Origin: an uncultured Bacteroidota bacterium
GTDB lineage: Bacteria; Bacteroidota; Bacteroidia; Flavobacteriales_F; PHOS-HE28
Length of the DNA stretch: 50,783 nucleotides
Direction of reading: 5' to 3'
Assembly: GCA_902825795.1 (NCBI GenBank)
Contig: CADECG010000005.1
Coordinates: forward strand, 1 to 50,783
Shown: in pieces, positions 8,469 through 18,236 of the stretch
Layout: every line of letters starts with the position of its first letter
How positions within the stretch are numbered: the first letter of the stretch is position 1
Program-made: the position numbers and the translations under genes
Notes under the pieces: model-generated
Told to the model about the DNA's origin: nothing
What the model saw: the letters and a program-made list of their open reading frames with translations, nothing else
Database searches by the model: none

Positions 8469-10493
8469 TCACCCGATCGACTTGTCGATCAACGTGTCAT
8501 CGGCTTCGTTGGGCAGGGTCACCCTCAGTTGCGGCGTCCGCTTCATTTCCTGCTCAATGCTCCAAACCGCATTGGGGTTGCGTGCCCATGCTCTTCGCGC
8601 TATTCCGTTGTTCACATCCCAGAGCAGCATGCTCTTCAACCGGCGGTCGCTGTCGGCACTTCCGTCCAGCACCATCCCGAAGCCGCCGTTGATCACTTCG
8701 CCCCAGCCCACGCCACCACCATTGTGCAAGCTGATCCATGTTGCGCCGCGGAAGGCATCGCCCACGAAATTCTGCACGGCCATGTCGGCCGTGAAGCGGC
8801 TTCCGTCGCGGATATTGCTTGTCTCGCGGTACGGGCTATCCGTTCCGCTCACATCATGGTGGTCGCGGCCCAGCACGATGGGTGCGCTGATGGTGCCCGC
8901 CCTGATCGCCGCGTTGAAAGCTTCCGCTATGCGGATCCGGCCTTCGCTATCGGCATACAGGATGCGCGCTTGGCTGCCCACAACGAGCTTGTTCTGTTTC
9001 GCGCTGCGGATCCAATGCAGGTTGTCGGCGGTCTGTTGCGCGATCTCGGTAGGCGCTTCCTTCAACATCGACTCCAGCACATCACCGGAAATACGATCGC
9101 TCGTTTCCAGATCCTTTGGATCGCCGCTGGTACATACCCACCGGAAAGGACCGAAGCCATGGTCGAAACACATCGGCCCCATGATGTCTTCCACATAGCT
9201 GGGGTACCTGAACTCTTCACCGTGCGTGCCGCCGATATCAGCGCCTGCGCGCTTGCTCTCCAACAGGAACGCGTTGCCGTAATCGAAGAAGTACATGCCT
9301 TGGGCGGCCAGCTTGTTCACTGCGGTCACGTGGCGCTTCAGCGTCTCTTGAACCTTTGTCTTGAACGTGACAGGGTCCGCTGCCATCAGCGCGTTGCTCT
9401 GCTCGTAACTCAGTCCCACAGGGTAGTATCCACCCGCCCAAGGGTTGTGCAAACTCGTTTGGTCGCTGCCGAGATCGACCTTGATGTTGCGTGCAGCCAA
9501 GCGCTCCCACAGGTCAACGATGTTCCCGAGGAAGGCGATGCTGTGCGGCTCGCCCTTCTTCTGCCAAGCGAGCGCTGCATCGATGCATGCATCCACATCT
9601 TCAATGACCTCATCCACCCAACCCTGACTTTGACGTTTGTGCGCTGCGGTCGCGTTCACTTCTGCGCAGATCGTTACAACCCCTGCGATATTGCCCGCCT
9701 TGGGTTGCGCGCCGCTCATGCCACCAAGGCCTGAAGTCACGAAAAGTTTGCCCTTCGTCCCCGGCTCCTTAAGCATCCGACATGCATTCAATACGGTGAT
9801 CGTGGTGCCATGCACGATCCCTTGCGGACCGATGTACATGTAGCTGCCTGCGGTCATCTGGCCGTATTGCGAAACGCCCAGCGCGTTCATGCGCTCCCAA
9901 TCGTCGGGCTTGCTGTAGTTGGGGATCACCATGCCGTTGGTCACCACTACGCGTGGCGCATCGGTGTGGCTGGGGAAGAGGCCGAGCGGATGGCCGCTGT
10001 ACATCACCAGTGTTTGCGTGTCGCTCATCTGGCTGAGGTACTGCATCGTCAGCCGGTACTGCGCCCAGTTCTGGAAAACGGCACCGTTGCCGCCGTAGGT
10101 GATCAGCTCATGCGGATGCTGCGCAACGGCCGGATCCAGGTTGTTCTGGATCATTAGCATGATGGCCGCAGCTTGCTTGCACTTGGCCGGGTACTCGTTG
10201 ATCGGCCGCGCACGCATCGGTTGCTCCGGGCGAAGTCGGTACATGTAAATGCGACCGAAGTCCTTCAACTCCTGCGCAAACTCTGGCGCCAGCACAGTGT
10301 GGTGCTTTGCTGGGAAGTACCGCAGCGCGTTGCGCAAGGCCAGCTTCTTGTCTTCAGCAGTAAGGATGTCCTTGCGCTTGGGGGCGTGGCTTACGGATGG
10401 GTCAAGCTGGTGGGTAGGAGGGAGGACATCGGGGATGCCTTCGAGAATGGTTTGGTAGAACGCCTCAGGGTCGGAAGCAACGGCTATGGACAT
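8469..10493 (-). CDS. hutU: Urocanate hydratase (long, 674-aa type)
   Basis: HELITYGGNG, GQMTAGSYMYIGPQGIVHGT, GLGGMSGAQPKA, SDQTSLHN, SLHNGGGVGWGEVINGG. Confidence 0.96.
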   Translation of the reverse strand: MSIAVASDPEAFYQTILEGIPDVLPPTHQLDPSVSHAPKRKDILTAEDKKLALRNALRYFPAKHHTVLAPEFAQELKDFGRIYMYRLRPEQPMRARPINEYPAKCKQAAAIMLMIQNNLDPAVAQHPHELITYGGNGAVFQNWAQYRLTMQYLSQMSDTQTLVMYSGHPLGLFPSHTDAPRVVVTNGMVIPNYSKPDDWERMNALGVSQYGQMTAGSYMYIGPQGIVHGTTITVLNACRMLKEPGTKGKLFVTSGLGGMSGAQPKAGNIAGVVTICAEVNATAAHKRQSQGWVDEVIEDVDACIDAALAWQKKGEPHSIAFLGNIVDLWERLAARNIKVDLGSDQTSLHNPWAGGYYPVGLSYEQSNALMAADPVTFKTKVQETLKRHVTAVNKLAAQGMYFFDYGNAFLLESKRAGADIGGTHGEEFRYPSYVEDIMGPMCFDHGFGPFRWVCTSGDPKDLETSDRISGDVLESMLKEAPTEIAQQTADNLHWIRSAKQNKLVVGSQARILYADSEGRIRIAEAFNAAIRAGTISAPIVLGRDHHDVSGTDSPYRETSNIRDGSRFTADMAVQNFVGDAFRGATWISLHNGGGVGWGEVINGGFGMVLDGSADSDRRLKSMLLWDVNNGIARRAWARNPNAVWSIEQEMKRTPQLRVTLPNEADDTLIDKSIG

Positions 10494-10517
10494 AGGGCGA
10501 AGATCGGCCTTGATGGT

Positions 10518-11945
10518 TCACCGCACTACCATCAACCGCTTCGATACCACGCCCGTTGGTGAGAAGACATGAAGAAGATAGGCCGCGACCGGGATCTCAA
10601 GAACGGAGACTTCCACCGAGCTACGCCCGCCCGCATTGCCGGATAGCACAACTCGTCCGAGGGCATCTGAAATCACCCATGGGCCAAGCTCGAGAGCACT
10701 GGCGATGGTCACGTTGTCGGATGCGGGGTTGGGGAAAACATGCACAACGTTCGATGTCCGCAGTTCGTCAATTCCGACATGGAAGTACTCGTGCGTGGAA
10801 ATTGTGCCGAGCGTGTCGCCCGAGATAACTGCACCCACCCAATAAGTACTATGACCTTCCTGGAATACCCCGTAACTAAATATTCTCAACCCGACTTCAG
10901 TATCGAATACGAGCGACATCGGATTGAAGCCAGATGAAAACAGCAGGACACAAGGGCTATCCAACGGCAAATAATAGCTGAACAGCATGAGGTTGAAGGC
11001 TGGGTCTGCGCTCACCTCGTAATGACCACTTGGCAAGAGTCGATGACGCACCACAGATCCAACGCTGAACGAATCGAAAGCAGTCGACCATGTTCCTAAC
11101 GGAGAAAGGAAATCTCCCGGACTGGTGACCATGGTCCTCAGCAGCGAATGATCATGCCGTACGGTCCAAGTGACCGGGCCATTGGAGTAGGTATGGTCAG
11201 CTTGCGACCACTGATCCAGATAACGATATGCTCCAAAAACAACGGAATCCTGATAGTCCGTGCGCGATAGAATTTGCAGTTGCCACCTTCTGCCACCGTA
11301 ATACCCACCACCACCTTCGAAATCTGTACTCACGTATTCGACAACATCCCCTGGATTGTAGCGATAGAAGTCCCCAACGCTTGGCACCAACGTTCCTAGG
11401 TCAGGACCATGCAGTCCTACCTGTATCTGCGACCCCATGCCACTTGACACCCATGAGATGATGCCGAATGACTTGCTCCAAATGATAGTATCAGCCGCCG
11501 CAGAGACGAACGTCTTGACCGAATCCACAACACCATGGATTATGGCACTACTAGCACCTATGATGCCGCCGCCGATAAATTGGCCGGGCATGAAGAGCCA
11601 CGTCGAGCCAAGGGGGGCCTTAGGATGTAGGACGAAGGTGAGTGTATCACTGAAGGTCCAGACATCGCTCACAAGCGTACACGTACGCATCAAGAATCGT
11701 GGTTCGTCGATTTTCAAGTTGCACGCTGGTAAGCAGGTCGGGCAGAGTTGAGCTCTCCTATTGAGTTGGAAGACTATGCTATCCGGACCTAACGTGTCGA
11801 TCTCGGTGATGAAGATCTGGTTGCTGATCGTATCCGAACCGTCGTTGGAGTAGTTGTATTTGTACACCGGGTTGAGCAACGCCCAGTCCTGCGCACTGGT
11901 GTTCAGCGCGAGGAGCAGACCAGTGGACAGGAGCGGTAGGCGCAT
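10518..11945 (-). CDS. T9SS type A cargo protein of unknown function
   Basis: Signal peptide MRLPLLSTGLLLALNTSAQ and CTD VFPNPASDNVTI...AYLLHV...KRLMVVR. A TACATTCG box at 11961-11968 supports the 11945 start. Confidence 0.8.
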   Translation of the reverse strand: MRLPLLSTGLLLALNTSAQDWALLNPVYKYNYSNDGSDTISNQIFITEIDTLGPDSIVFQLNRRAQLCPTCLPACNLKIDEPRFLMRTCTLVSDVWTFSDTLTFVLHPKAPLGSTWLFMPGQFIGGGIIGASSAIIHGVVDSVKTFVSAAADTIIWSKSFGIISWVSSGMGSQIQVGLHGPDLGTLVPSVGDFYRYNPGDVVEYVSTDFEGGGGYYGGRRWQLQILSRTDYQDSVVFGAYRYLDQWSQADHTYSNGPVTWTVRHDHSLLRTMVTSPGDFLSPLGTWSTAFDSFSVGSVVRHRLLPSGHYEVSADPAFNLMLFSYYLPLDSPCVLLFSSGFNPMSLVFDTEVGLRIFSYGVFQEGHSTYWVGAVISGDTLGTISTHEYFHVGIDELRTSNVVHVFPNPASDNVTIASALELGPWVISDALGRVVLSGNAGGRSSVEVSVLEIPVAAYLLHVFSPTGVVSKRLMVVR

Positions 11946-11995
11946 AGGCTTAGGGTTGAACGAATGTAGACCGCCCGGGACCGCCGCGCGCTGCC

Positions 11996-12259
<264 letters not shown>

Positions 12260-12358
12260 CTATCCACTAACGATCGTTGATGGACCGGTGGATGGATCGT
12301 GGAAAGCGCGCTGCAAGCCCCGGTAGTTTTGGATTCTGCTGTGAATAGCCCTTTTCCC

Positions 12359-13384
12359 ATGGACGTTGTTGGATCGTTGAAAACCGCTTTTGCGACGGGT
12401 TGCATCGCCCTGGTGCTGCCCTTGTTCGCGCAGAGTTCGCCGCCTGTGGAAAGCCCGGGTGGCGATCGGCTCACGGCCGAGGAGTACGTCGAACTGTGGA
12501 AGGGTGTGGCCGTGCAGAAGATGAAGGCGCACGGGATACCGGCCAGTATCACCCTTGCGCAAGGCCTGCTCGAAAGCGGTAACGGCAACAGTGAATTGGC
12601 GCGCGAGGCCAACAACCACTTCGGCATCAAGTGCACGCCCGATTGGAGCGGCGGCAAGGCCTACCACGACGACGATCGGAAGAACGATTGTTTCCGCAAG
12701 TACAAGGACGCCGCGGACAGCTACGAGGACCACAGCAAATTCCTGCAACGCTCCCGGTATGCTTCGCTCTTCGAGCTGAAGACCACCGACTACAAGGGCT
12801 GGGCGCACGGATTGAAGAAGGCGGGCTACGCCACCGACCCGGCGTATCCACGGAAATTGATCGAACTGATCGAGCGGTACGAACTCCACAAGTTGGACGA
12901 AGGGCAGGACATCAGTTTCAAGAAGCGCGAGGTGGCTGATGCGTCGAAGGGCGACGCTGGAACGCCATCGAAAAAGAAGAAGTCCAAGCCCTCGCGTGTC
13001 AGCGATGATGAGGTAACGGTGACGATCGGCAATGGTCGCAACGTTGAGAAGTTCGAAGGCCGCGTGAAGTTCACGCGGGCCAAGGCTGGCGATTCGATCA
13101 AGAAGATCGCTGAGGACATGGAGACCATGCCCGGTTGGGTAGCAGGTTGGAACGACTTGGACAAGGATGCGCGGTTGGAGGAAGGACAGGTGATCTACTT
13201 ATCGCCGAAGCTGAGCAAGAGCAAACGCACGGCAACACACGATGTGCGCGCTGGCGATACGCTCTGGACCATCAGCCAGACGTACGGCGTGAAACTCTCG
13301 AAGCTGTGCGCGTACAACGGCATGAAGCCGACGGATACGCTACGCACGGGCATGACCGTTCATCTGCGCAAGCCGAAGAAGTAG
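12359..13384 (+). CDS. Peptidoglycan glucosaminidase (GH73-like) with C-terminal LysM domain(s)
   Basis: GIPASITLAQGLLESG, NNHFGIKC, GYATDPAY, and LysM HDVRAGDTLWTISQTYGV. Start moved to MDVVG, which carries a signal-peptide-like N-terminus. Confidence 0.9.
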   Translation: MDVVGSLKTAFATGCIALVLPLFAQSSPPVESPGGDRLTAEEYVELWKGVAVQKMKAHGIPASITLAQGLLESGNGNSELAREANNHFGIKCTPDWSGGKAYHDDDRKNDCFRKYKDAADSYEDHSKFLQRSRYASLFELKTTDYKGWAHGLKKAGYATDPAYPRKLIELIERYELHKLDEGQDISFKKREVADASKGDAGTPSKKKKSKPSRVSDDEVTVTIGNGRNVEKFEGRVKFTRAKAGDSIKKIAEDMETMPGWVAGWNDLDKDARLEEGQVIYLSPKLSKSKRTATHDVRAGDTLWTISQTYGVKLSKLCAYNGMKPTDTLRTGMTVHLRKPKK

Positions 13385-13390
13385 GGCGGT

Positions 13391-13762
13391 TCAGTTGGCG
13401 CGCAACTTCACCAGCATCAATGCGCCGATGTTGCGCGCTCTGTCTTTGGCCAGTTCAACGTTCGGGCCGCTGTAGCGCTCGTCCAATGCCGCGTGGAAGT
13501 GGTGAAGCCAACGGTGCATGTGTTCAGCAGTGATCGCACGCTCGCGATCCAGGGCGAGGTGCTTCCCCATTACGTCGCTTTCGAAACCGCGCGCCCCGAA
13601 GAGCACCATTTCCCAGAACGCCGCGATGCGCGGTAAGTGTGATGGCAGATCCAAATGACGGAAGTGGTGCGCGAGCACTTCGTCTTTCAGCAGCTTGGCG
13701 TAGAAGACATCCACGAACAGGCGCACATCGTCCGGCGTGGTGATGTCCGGGGCGTTGCTCAT
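13391..13762 (-). CDS. Group III truncated hemoglobin
   Basis: DITTPDDVRLFVDVFY, HLPRIAAFW, MGKH, HRWL pattern in 123 aa. Confidence 0.88.
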   Translation of the reverse strand: MSNAPDITTPDDVRLFVDVFYAKLLKDEVLAHHFRHLDLPSHLPRIAAFWEMVLFGARGFESDVMGKHLALDRERAITAEHMHRWLHHFHAALDERYSGPNVELAKDRARNIGALMLVKLRAN

Positions 13763-16410
13763 GGTGTGGCGCCCATCAATGGAACAGCGGTCAAGGAGCC
13801 ATCAGGCGCACCCACCACCACTTCCACACTGCCGTCCTTGTTGATGTCGCCGACCGCGAAGTGCTTACCACCGGTCAGCGGCGTGCCGGGCAACGGGGCA
13901 CCAGTGCCATCGAACAACCACAAGTGCTCACCATTGGCGCAAGCCACGGCAATGCCGTAGCGGCTCTTGCCGATCGGTACAACGCGCGCGGGGCCTTCCA
14001 GTGTGCAGCCGCAGGCATGTGAGAACGATGAAGCCGGCGCTCCCTTCACGGTCAGCTTGTCCTCCAGTGTGCGAATGATCTCGGCCGAACCATCGCCATC
14101 CGGATCCCCGAGGGCAACAATGCCCGCTGATGCAGGTGTGAGTTCCTTGATCACCCCATCGATGGTGCCGCTCATTACGGAACCGCTGCTGTCCACCCAA
14201 ACGATGGCGCATGCACCGATGCTGATCCCCATGCGCACTTCGGCAACCGATGCGTTGTGAGGCAACTTCAGCTTGGCGGTGTGTCGTGGAGCACCCTTTC
14301 GATCGAGCAGCAACACATTCCCATTGTGATCGACCGCGAGGAGGTAGTCGTTGTTCTTCACGCGCAGATGCCGCACGGGTCCATCGCTCACGCTGGTCAT
14401 GCGGGTGGGCGCCCAGCCAACAACGGGCTTGCCATCGGGCATTACGTTCACTAGGCCCGCTTCCTCAGTGGGCACCAGAATGCGATAGTCCTTGTTGCCT
14501 TCGTAGTCGAACACGGCGAGCGGCCCGCTGGCCTTGTCCTTCACGGGCACTGGCCAGCCGTCCACATCTTTCCCGTTGCGATCGATCATGTAAATGCGAT
14601 GGGCCGTGTTGAAGAGCAGTTGCAGTTTGCCGTTCTTGAAGCGGTCCACCTGTTCCACTTCACCCATGATCGGTCCTTCGAGTTCGCGTCTCCACATCAC
14701 CTTACCGGTGCTGCTTACAGCGGTCAGGCCGTTGTCCGTGTCCTGTGCAAGTACGTAGCGCGTTCCGGTGGTGTGGTCATGCACCAAGTGCGGATGTGCT
14801 GCGATCGGTGCTCGCAGCGTGACCTTCCACAGTGATCGGCCCGCGACTTCCCCCGAGCTGATCGCGGAGGGGGCGCCGCCGTGCTGAAGACGGACATTGA
14901 TGTGGTGGAAGCCGTGCTGCCCGGGCGACAGTTGCAATGCGAACCCGGAGAATTGGGCGATCGCACTTTCGTAACTGTGCCACTGCGCTGTGCTCTCGGT
15001 ATTCAAGTGCTTCTTCATCCACGCACTGCTCGCGCCAATGTTGCACCAGTACGTTCGGCTTGTCTCGGCGGCAAGGCTTTCGAAGAAGGCTGACGCGCCC
15101 GCATCCGCAGCGAGCGAAGTGCCGTCCGTCCATGCATCGATGGAGCGTTCCAGAGCAGTACGGTCGTTCGCCATCACCACTTTGTCGCCGAGCATGCACC
15201 AACGCGCAGTGGTTATCGCATCGAAAGGTGCACCAAGCAGTCCGCTGAATGGTTCTTGTACCGGAAGAACATGGATCCGTACCGATCGGTATGTGGTGGT
15301 ATCGCATTCTTTACCACCGCATAGACCGAGCAGCGCTTTCTCTGCCGCGCCTGGATCGCCGGCTTGTAGGATCGCGTAGTCGGTGGTGGAAGTATCGCCT
15401 TGGATCGTTGTCGCAAAAGCCAAGGATCCTCGCACCCACTGGAACAACGCGTCCGCATGCAGCCCATCGCGTGGTTCGGCAATGCCTTGATCGGTGAGCC
15501 AGCGCTGTGCGTCGCTGATGTTCTGCACTTGCAGCAGATCGGTATTCGCCGGTAACACGCGCAAGACGCCGTTGTGGCCGATGCCTTGGCCACCAATGGC
15601 ACCAAGCGTCGCGTTGCTCGTTAATGGTATCAGCAAGCCGCACAATAGCAACGCGTCGGGCTTGCTGTGGATGTCGAGCGCGGCCCATCCTTCCGGCCAC
15701 GACAATGCCTCGGCCGTGGTGCGTTGCAGGTGCATGCCCAGAAGTCTGGAGAGCCGAGCGGGTTGAACGAGCAGATGTGCATCCGCGCCATCGCCCAATG
15801 TGCCGTGTGCTCGCGCGAAGGCGGTGTCGTTCACCAAGGAGCCACCGCTCTTCAGTTGCAACCAGGCTTCCTCGATCATGCCGGCATCGGAGCCCACCAG
15901 CAACAGGCCTTTTGTCCAAAGCACCGACACGGCATGCAGGTCCGGGGACGGTGTTGCTTCGAAAACTTCCTCGGGGTTGAATGTGCGTCCGGCAGCGTTG
16001 GAAGGGTTGCCGGTGATCACCCCGAGCAGCTGCGGCCACGGGGCTTCGCGGTCGTCGCTCGGGCCAGCGATCACGCCAAGCCAACCGGTGCTTTCCCCCC
16101 GCCGCAGCAGGGCGAACAGCGGTGGCTTTGCAGTGCTGGGCATCGTTACGCTTCTGAGCACACGGGCGACCAGCGAGTCCAATGCGAGTGCCCCCTTCCG
16201 ATCGCTAACGGCACCCCAGATCTGGCTTACGCCCGTGAAACCGGTCCATGCCTCACGGCCTCCGGTGAGTTCCAGGATCACCGCGCTTTCGCTCGGCACG
16301 GCGCTCCATGGGTCCGCGGTCTTCGATGCGGGCTTCAACCATTCGAAGAATGTCCATGCGGTGCCACCGGCAATACCTGCCAGAACGAGCCAAAGAATTG
16401 CGCGACGCAT
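13759..16410 (-). CDS. Large N-anchored envelope protein (DUF3352-like core plus C-terminal FG-GAP-like propeller)
   Basis: N-terminal signal anchor and C-terminal GDPDGDG / GDINKDG motifs, 883 aa. The DUF3352 call is from recalled similarity to rnhB-adjacent Bacteroidetes proteins. Confidence 0.55.
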   Translation of the reverse strand: MRRAILWLVLAGIAGGTAWTFFEWLKPASKTADPWSAVPSESAVILELTGGREAWTGFTGVSQIWGAVSDRKGALALDSLVARVLRSVTMPSTAKPPLFALLRRGESTGWLGVIAGPSDDREAPWPQLLGVITGNPSNAAGRTFNPEEVFEATPSPDLHAVSVLWTKGLLLVGSDAGMIEEAWLQLKSGGSLVNDTAFARAHGTLGDGADAHLLVQPARLSRLLGMHLQRTTAEALSWPEGWAALDIHSKPDALLLCGLLIPLTSNATLGAIGGQGIGHNGVLRVLPANTDLLQVQNISDAQRWLTDQGIAEPRDGLHADALFQWVRGSLAFATTIQGDTSTTDYAILQAGDPGAAEKALLGLCGGKECDTTTYRSVRIHVLPVQEPFSGLLGAPFDAITTARWCMLGDKVVMANDRTALERSIDAWTDGTSLAADAGASAFFESLAAETSRTYWCNIGASSAWMKKHLNTESTAQWHSYESAIAQFSGFALQLSPGQHGFHHINVRLQHGGAPSAISSGEVAGRSLWKVTLRAPIAAHPHLVHDHTTGTRYVLAQDTDNGLTAVSSTGKVMWRRELEGPIMGEVEQVDRFKNGKLQLLFNTAHRIYMIDRNGKDVDGWPVPVKDKASGPLAVFDYEGNKDYRILVPTEEAGLVNVMPDGKPVVGWAPTRMTSVSDGPVRHLRVKNNDYLLAVDHNGNVLLLDRKGAPRHTAKLKLPHNASVAEVRMGISIGACAIVWVDSSGSVMSGTIDGVIKELTPASAGIVALGDPDGDGSAEIIRTLEDKLTVKGAPASSFSHACGCTLEGPARVVPIGKSRYGIAVACANGEHLWLFDGTGAPLPGTPLTGGKHFAVGDINKDGSVEVVVGAPDGSLTAVPLMGATP

Positions 16411-16416
16411 TGCGCG

Positions 16417-16425
16417 ACGAAAGTA
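16417..16425 (-). promoter_or_regulatory. -7 box (TACTTTCGT) for the DUF3352-like/globin pair
   Basis: 6 nt from the ATG at 16410. Confidence 0.55.
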
Positions 16426-16487
16426 GGATCGCGTTCACCCCTGCTTTCCGCGTTGCGCACCACCTGTGCACACCGGTGTGTGAACGT

Positions 16488-17087
16488 TCACAGCAGGATC
16501 TCCGCGTGCGCTTTCACCTTGAACGATCGGCGGTGATGCGGCGTAGGGCCCATGCGCAGCAGCGCTGCGCGGTGCTCTTCCGTAGGGTAGCCTTTGTTCA
16601 CTGCCCAATTGAACTGTGGATGCTCTGCGTGCAGCCGCTGCATCAACTCATCCCGATGCGTTTTGGCCAACACACTGGCAGCGGCGATGCTCTTGAAACG
16701 GCCATCACCTTGCACGTGGCACACGTGTGCTATGCCGAAGTACGGCGTGAAACGGTGGCCATCAATGAGCAAAAGTCCCGGCGCCGTATTCAATCCATCG
16801 ATGGCCCGGTGCATGGCCATGAACGAGGCTTGCAGAATGTTGTACCGGTCGATCTCTTCGGGTGAGCACATGGCGACACACCAAGACACCGCATGCTTTT
16901 CAATAAGGGGCCGGAGTTTTTCCCGCCGTGCTTCGCTCAGTTGTTTGCTGTCGTTGAGGCCCGGTAAACGCACCCGGGCCGGTAGGATCACTGCGGCGGC
17001 AACAACCGGCCCGGCGAGGCAGCCTCGACCGGCTTCATCGCAACCGGCCTCAACTACGCCGACCATATGGTAGGGTGCCAACGCCAT
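16488..17087 (-). CDS. rnhB: Ribonuclease HII
   Basis: GCDEAGRGCLAGPVVAAAV, LNDSKQLS, LIDG, SIAAASVLAKTHRD, NKGYPT, HRRSF. Confidence 0.96.
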   Translation of the reverse strand: MALAPYHMVGVVEAGCDEAGRGCLAGPVVAAAVILPARVRLPGLNDSKQLSEARREKLRPLIEKHAVSWCVAMCSPEEIDRYNILQASFMAMHRAIDGLNTAPGLLLIDGHRFTPYFGIAHVCHVQGDGRFKSIAAASVLAKTHRDELMQRLHAEHPQFNWAVNKGYPTEEHRAALLRMGPTPHHRRSFKVKAHAEILL

Positions 17088-17093
17088 GCAGCT

Positions 17094-18230
17094 TCAGTGC
17101 TTCTGTTCCGCCATCATGCGTTCAAAGGAAGCCCACAGTTGTTGTGCTGTGTTGTCCCACGTGAACCGCTGCGCGCGGGTGATGCCGGCTTGCGCAAGCA
17201 TTGTCCGTATGGCGCCATCGTTCCGCAACTTGGCCAAACCGTTCGTGATACTCTCCACGTTGAACGGGTCGCAATAAACGGCCGCATCGCCCGCGACTTC
17301 CGGAAGGCTGCTGGCTTTGGCGGCCAGCACCGGCACGCCGCACTTCATGGCCTCCGCTACCGGGATACCGAAGCCTTCGAAGTAGCTGATGTATGCCAAC
17401 GCCAGCGCGCCACCGATCGCATTGCGCAAAGCGTCCTGCCCCAATCGACCGGTGAAGACCACGCGGTCTTTGTGTTGCACCTTGTCCCACGCTTCTTTCA
17501 TGCGCGCATCCCACCAGAACGCTTCGCCGACGATCACGAGTTTCAGCGGTGCGGCATCGCGTCGTACGAGCGCGTCGAAGGCGAGCAGAAGGCGCGCGAT
17601 GTTCTTGCGCGGCTGCAACGAACCCACACAGATGAAGTAGGGATCCCCGCCTGCAATAGCCGTGCGTGTGGCCAGTTGTTCTTCACCGCTGCACGGGGTG
17701 TACACGTCCGCCACGCCATTGTGCGCCACGTCGATCTTCTCCAGCGGAATGCCATAGCGCTCGTTGATGTCCTGCTTGCTGAAGTTGGACACTGTTACCA
17801 AGCGCGCTGCCTTCCGCGCAAAGCGCGGGAACCATTTCCGGTAATAATTGCTGTACGCGTGCGGAAGATCGGCGGGGTAGTGCTCGAAGTTGAGGTCGTG
17901 CATCACCGCCAATTGCGGAACATCAGTGCGAGTGCTCAGGTAGCCATCAGGACTGAGGAAAGCATCGACTTTCAACGTCTGGAGCAGCGAAGGAAGTCGG
18001 TATTCGAACCACAGCACGTAGAGCAATGGGTGCCGTGTGGGCGGCCATAGTACGTGTGCATGCACATTCGGCGCATAGATGAAACGCCGATCCGGTCGGC
18101 GGTCGAAGATGAAATGGAACTCATGTTCCGGGTGCTGTTGAACGATGCGAGAGAGTGTCTCATGCGCGAACCATCCGATGCCTTCCAGCTTATCGGACAA
18201 TAAAAGACGGGTGTTGACCGCTATGCGCAC
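17094..18230 (-). CDS. GT4 family glycosyltransferase
   Basis: GTG start RIAVNTRLLL, HDLNFEHYP, TVSNFSKQDI, VGSLQPRKN, FEGFGIPVAEAMKCGVPV. The ORF-track extension upstream is low-complexity repeat DNA. Confidence 0.92.
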   Translation of the reverse strand: MRIAVNTRLLLSDKLEGIGWFAHETLSRIVQQHPEHEFHFIFDRRPDRRFIYAPNVHAHVLWPPTRHPLLYVLWFEYRLPSLLQTLKVDAFLSPDGYLSTRTDVPQLAVMHDLNFEHYPADLPHAYSNYYRKWFPRFARKAARLVTVSNFSKQDINERYGIPLEKIDVAHNGVADVYTPCSGEEQLATRTAIAGGDPYFICVGSLQPRKNIARLLLAFDALVRRDAAPLKLVIVGEAFWWDARMKEAWDKVQHKDRVVFTGRLGQDALRNAIGGALALAYISYFEGFGIPVAEAMKCGVPVLAAKASSLPEVAGDAAVYCDPFNVESITNGLAKLRNDGAIRTMLAQAGITRAQRFTWDNTAQQLWASFERMMAEQKH

Positions 18231-18236
18231 GGGGCG

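Noticed and set aside
8304-9734. Long antisense ORFs (e.g. 476 aa opposite hutU, 374 aa opposite lpxD, 365 aa opposite the barrel gene, 336 aa opposite efp)
   Set aside because: These are shadow frames expected from high GC and biased third positions. They have no recognisable motifs and lie fully over confident genes.
8469-10493. hutU without hutH/hutI/hutG as a novel pathway
   Set aside because: Dispersed hut genes are common in Bacteroidota, and the urocanase motifs are canonical.
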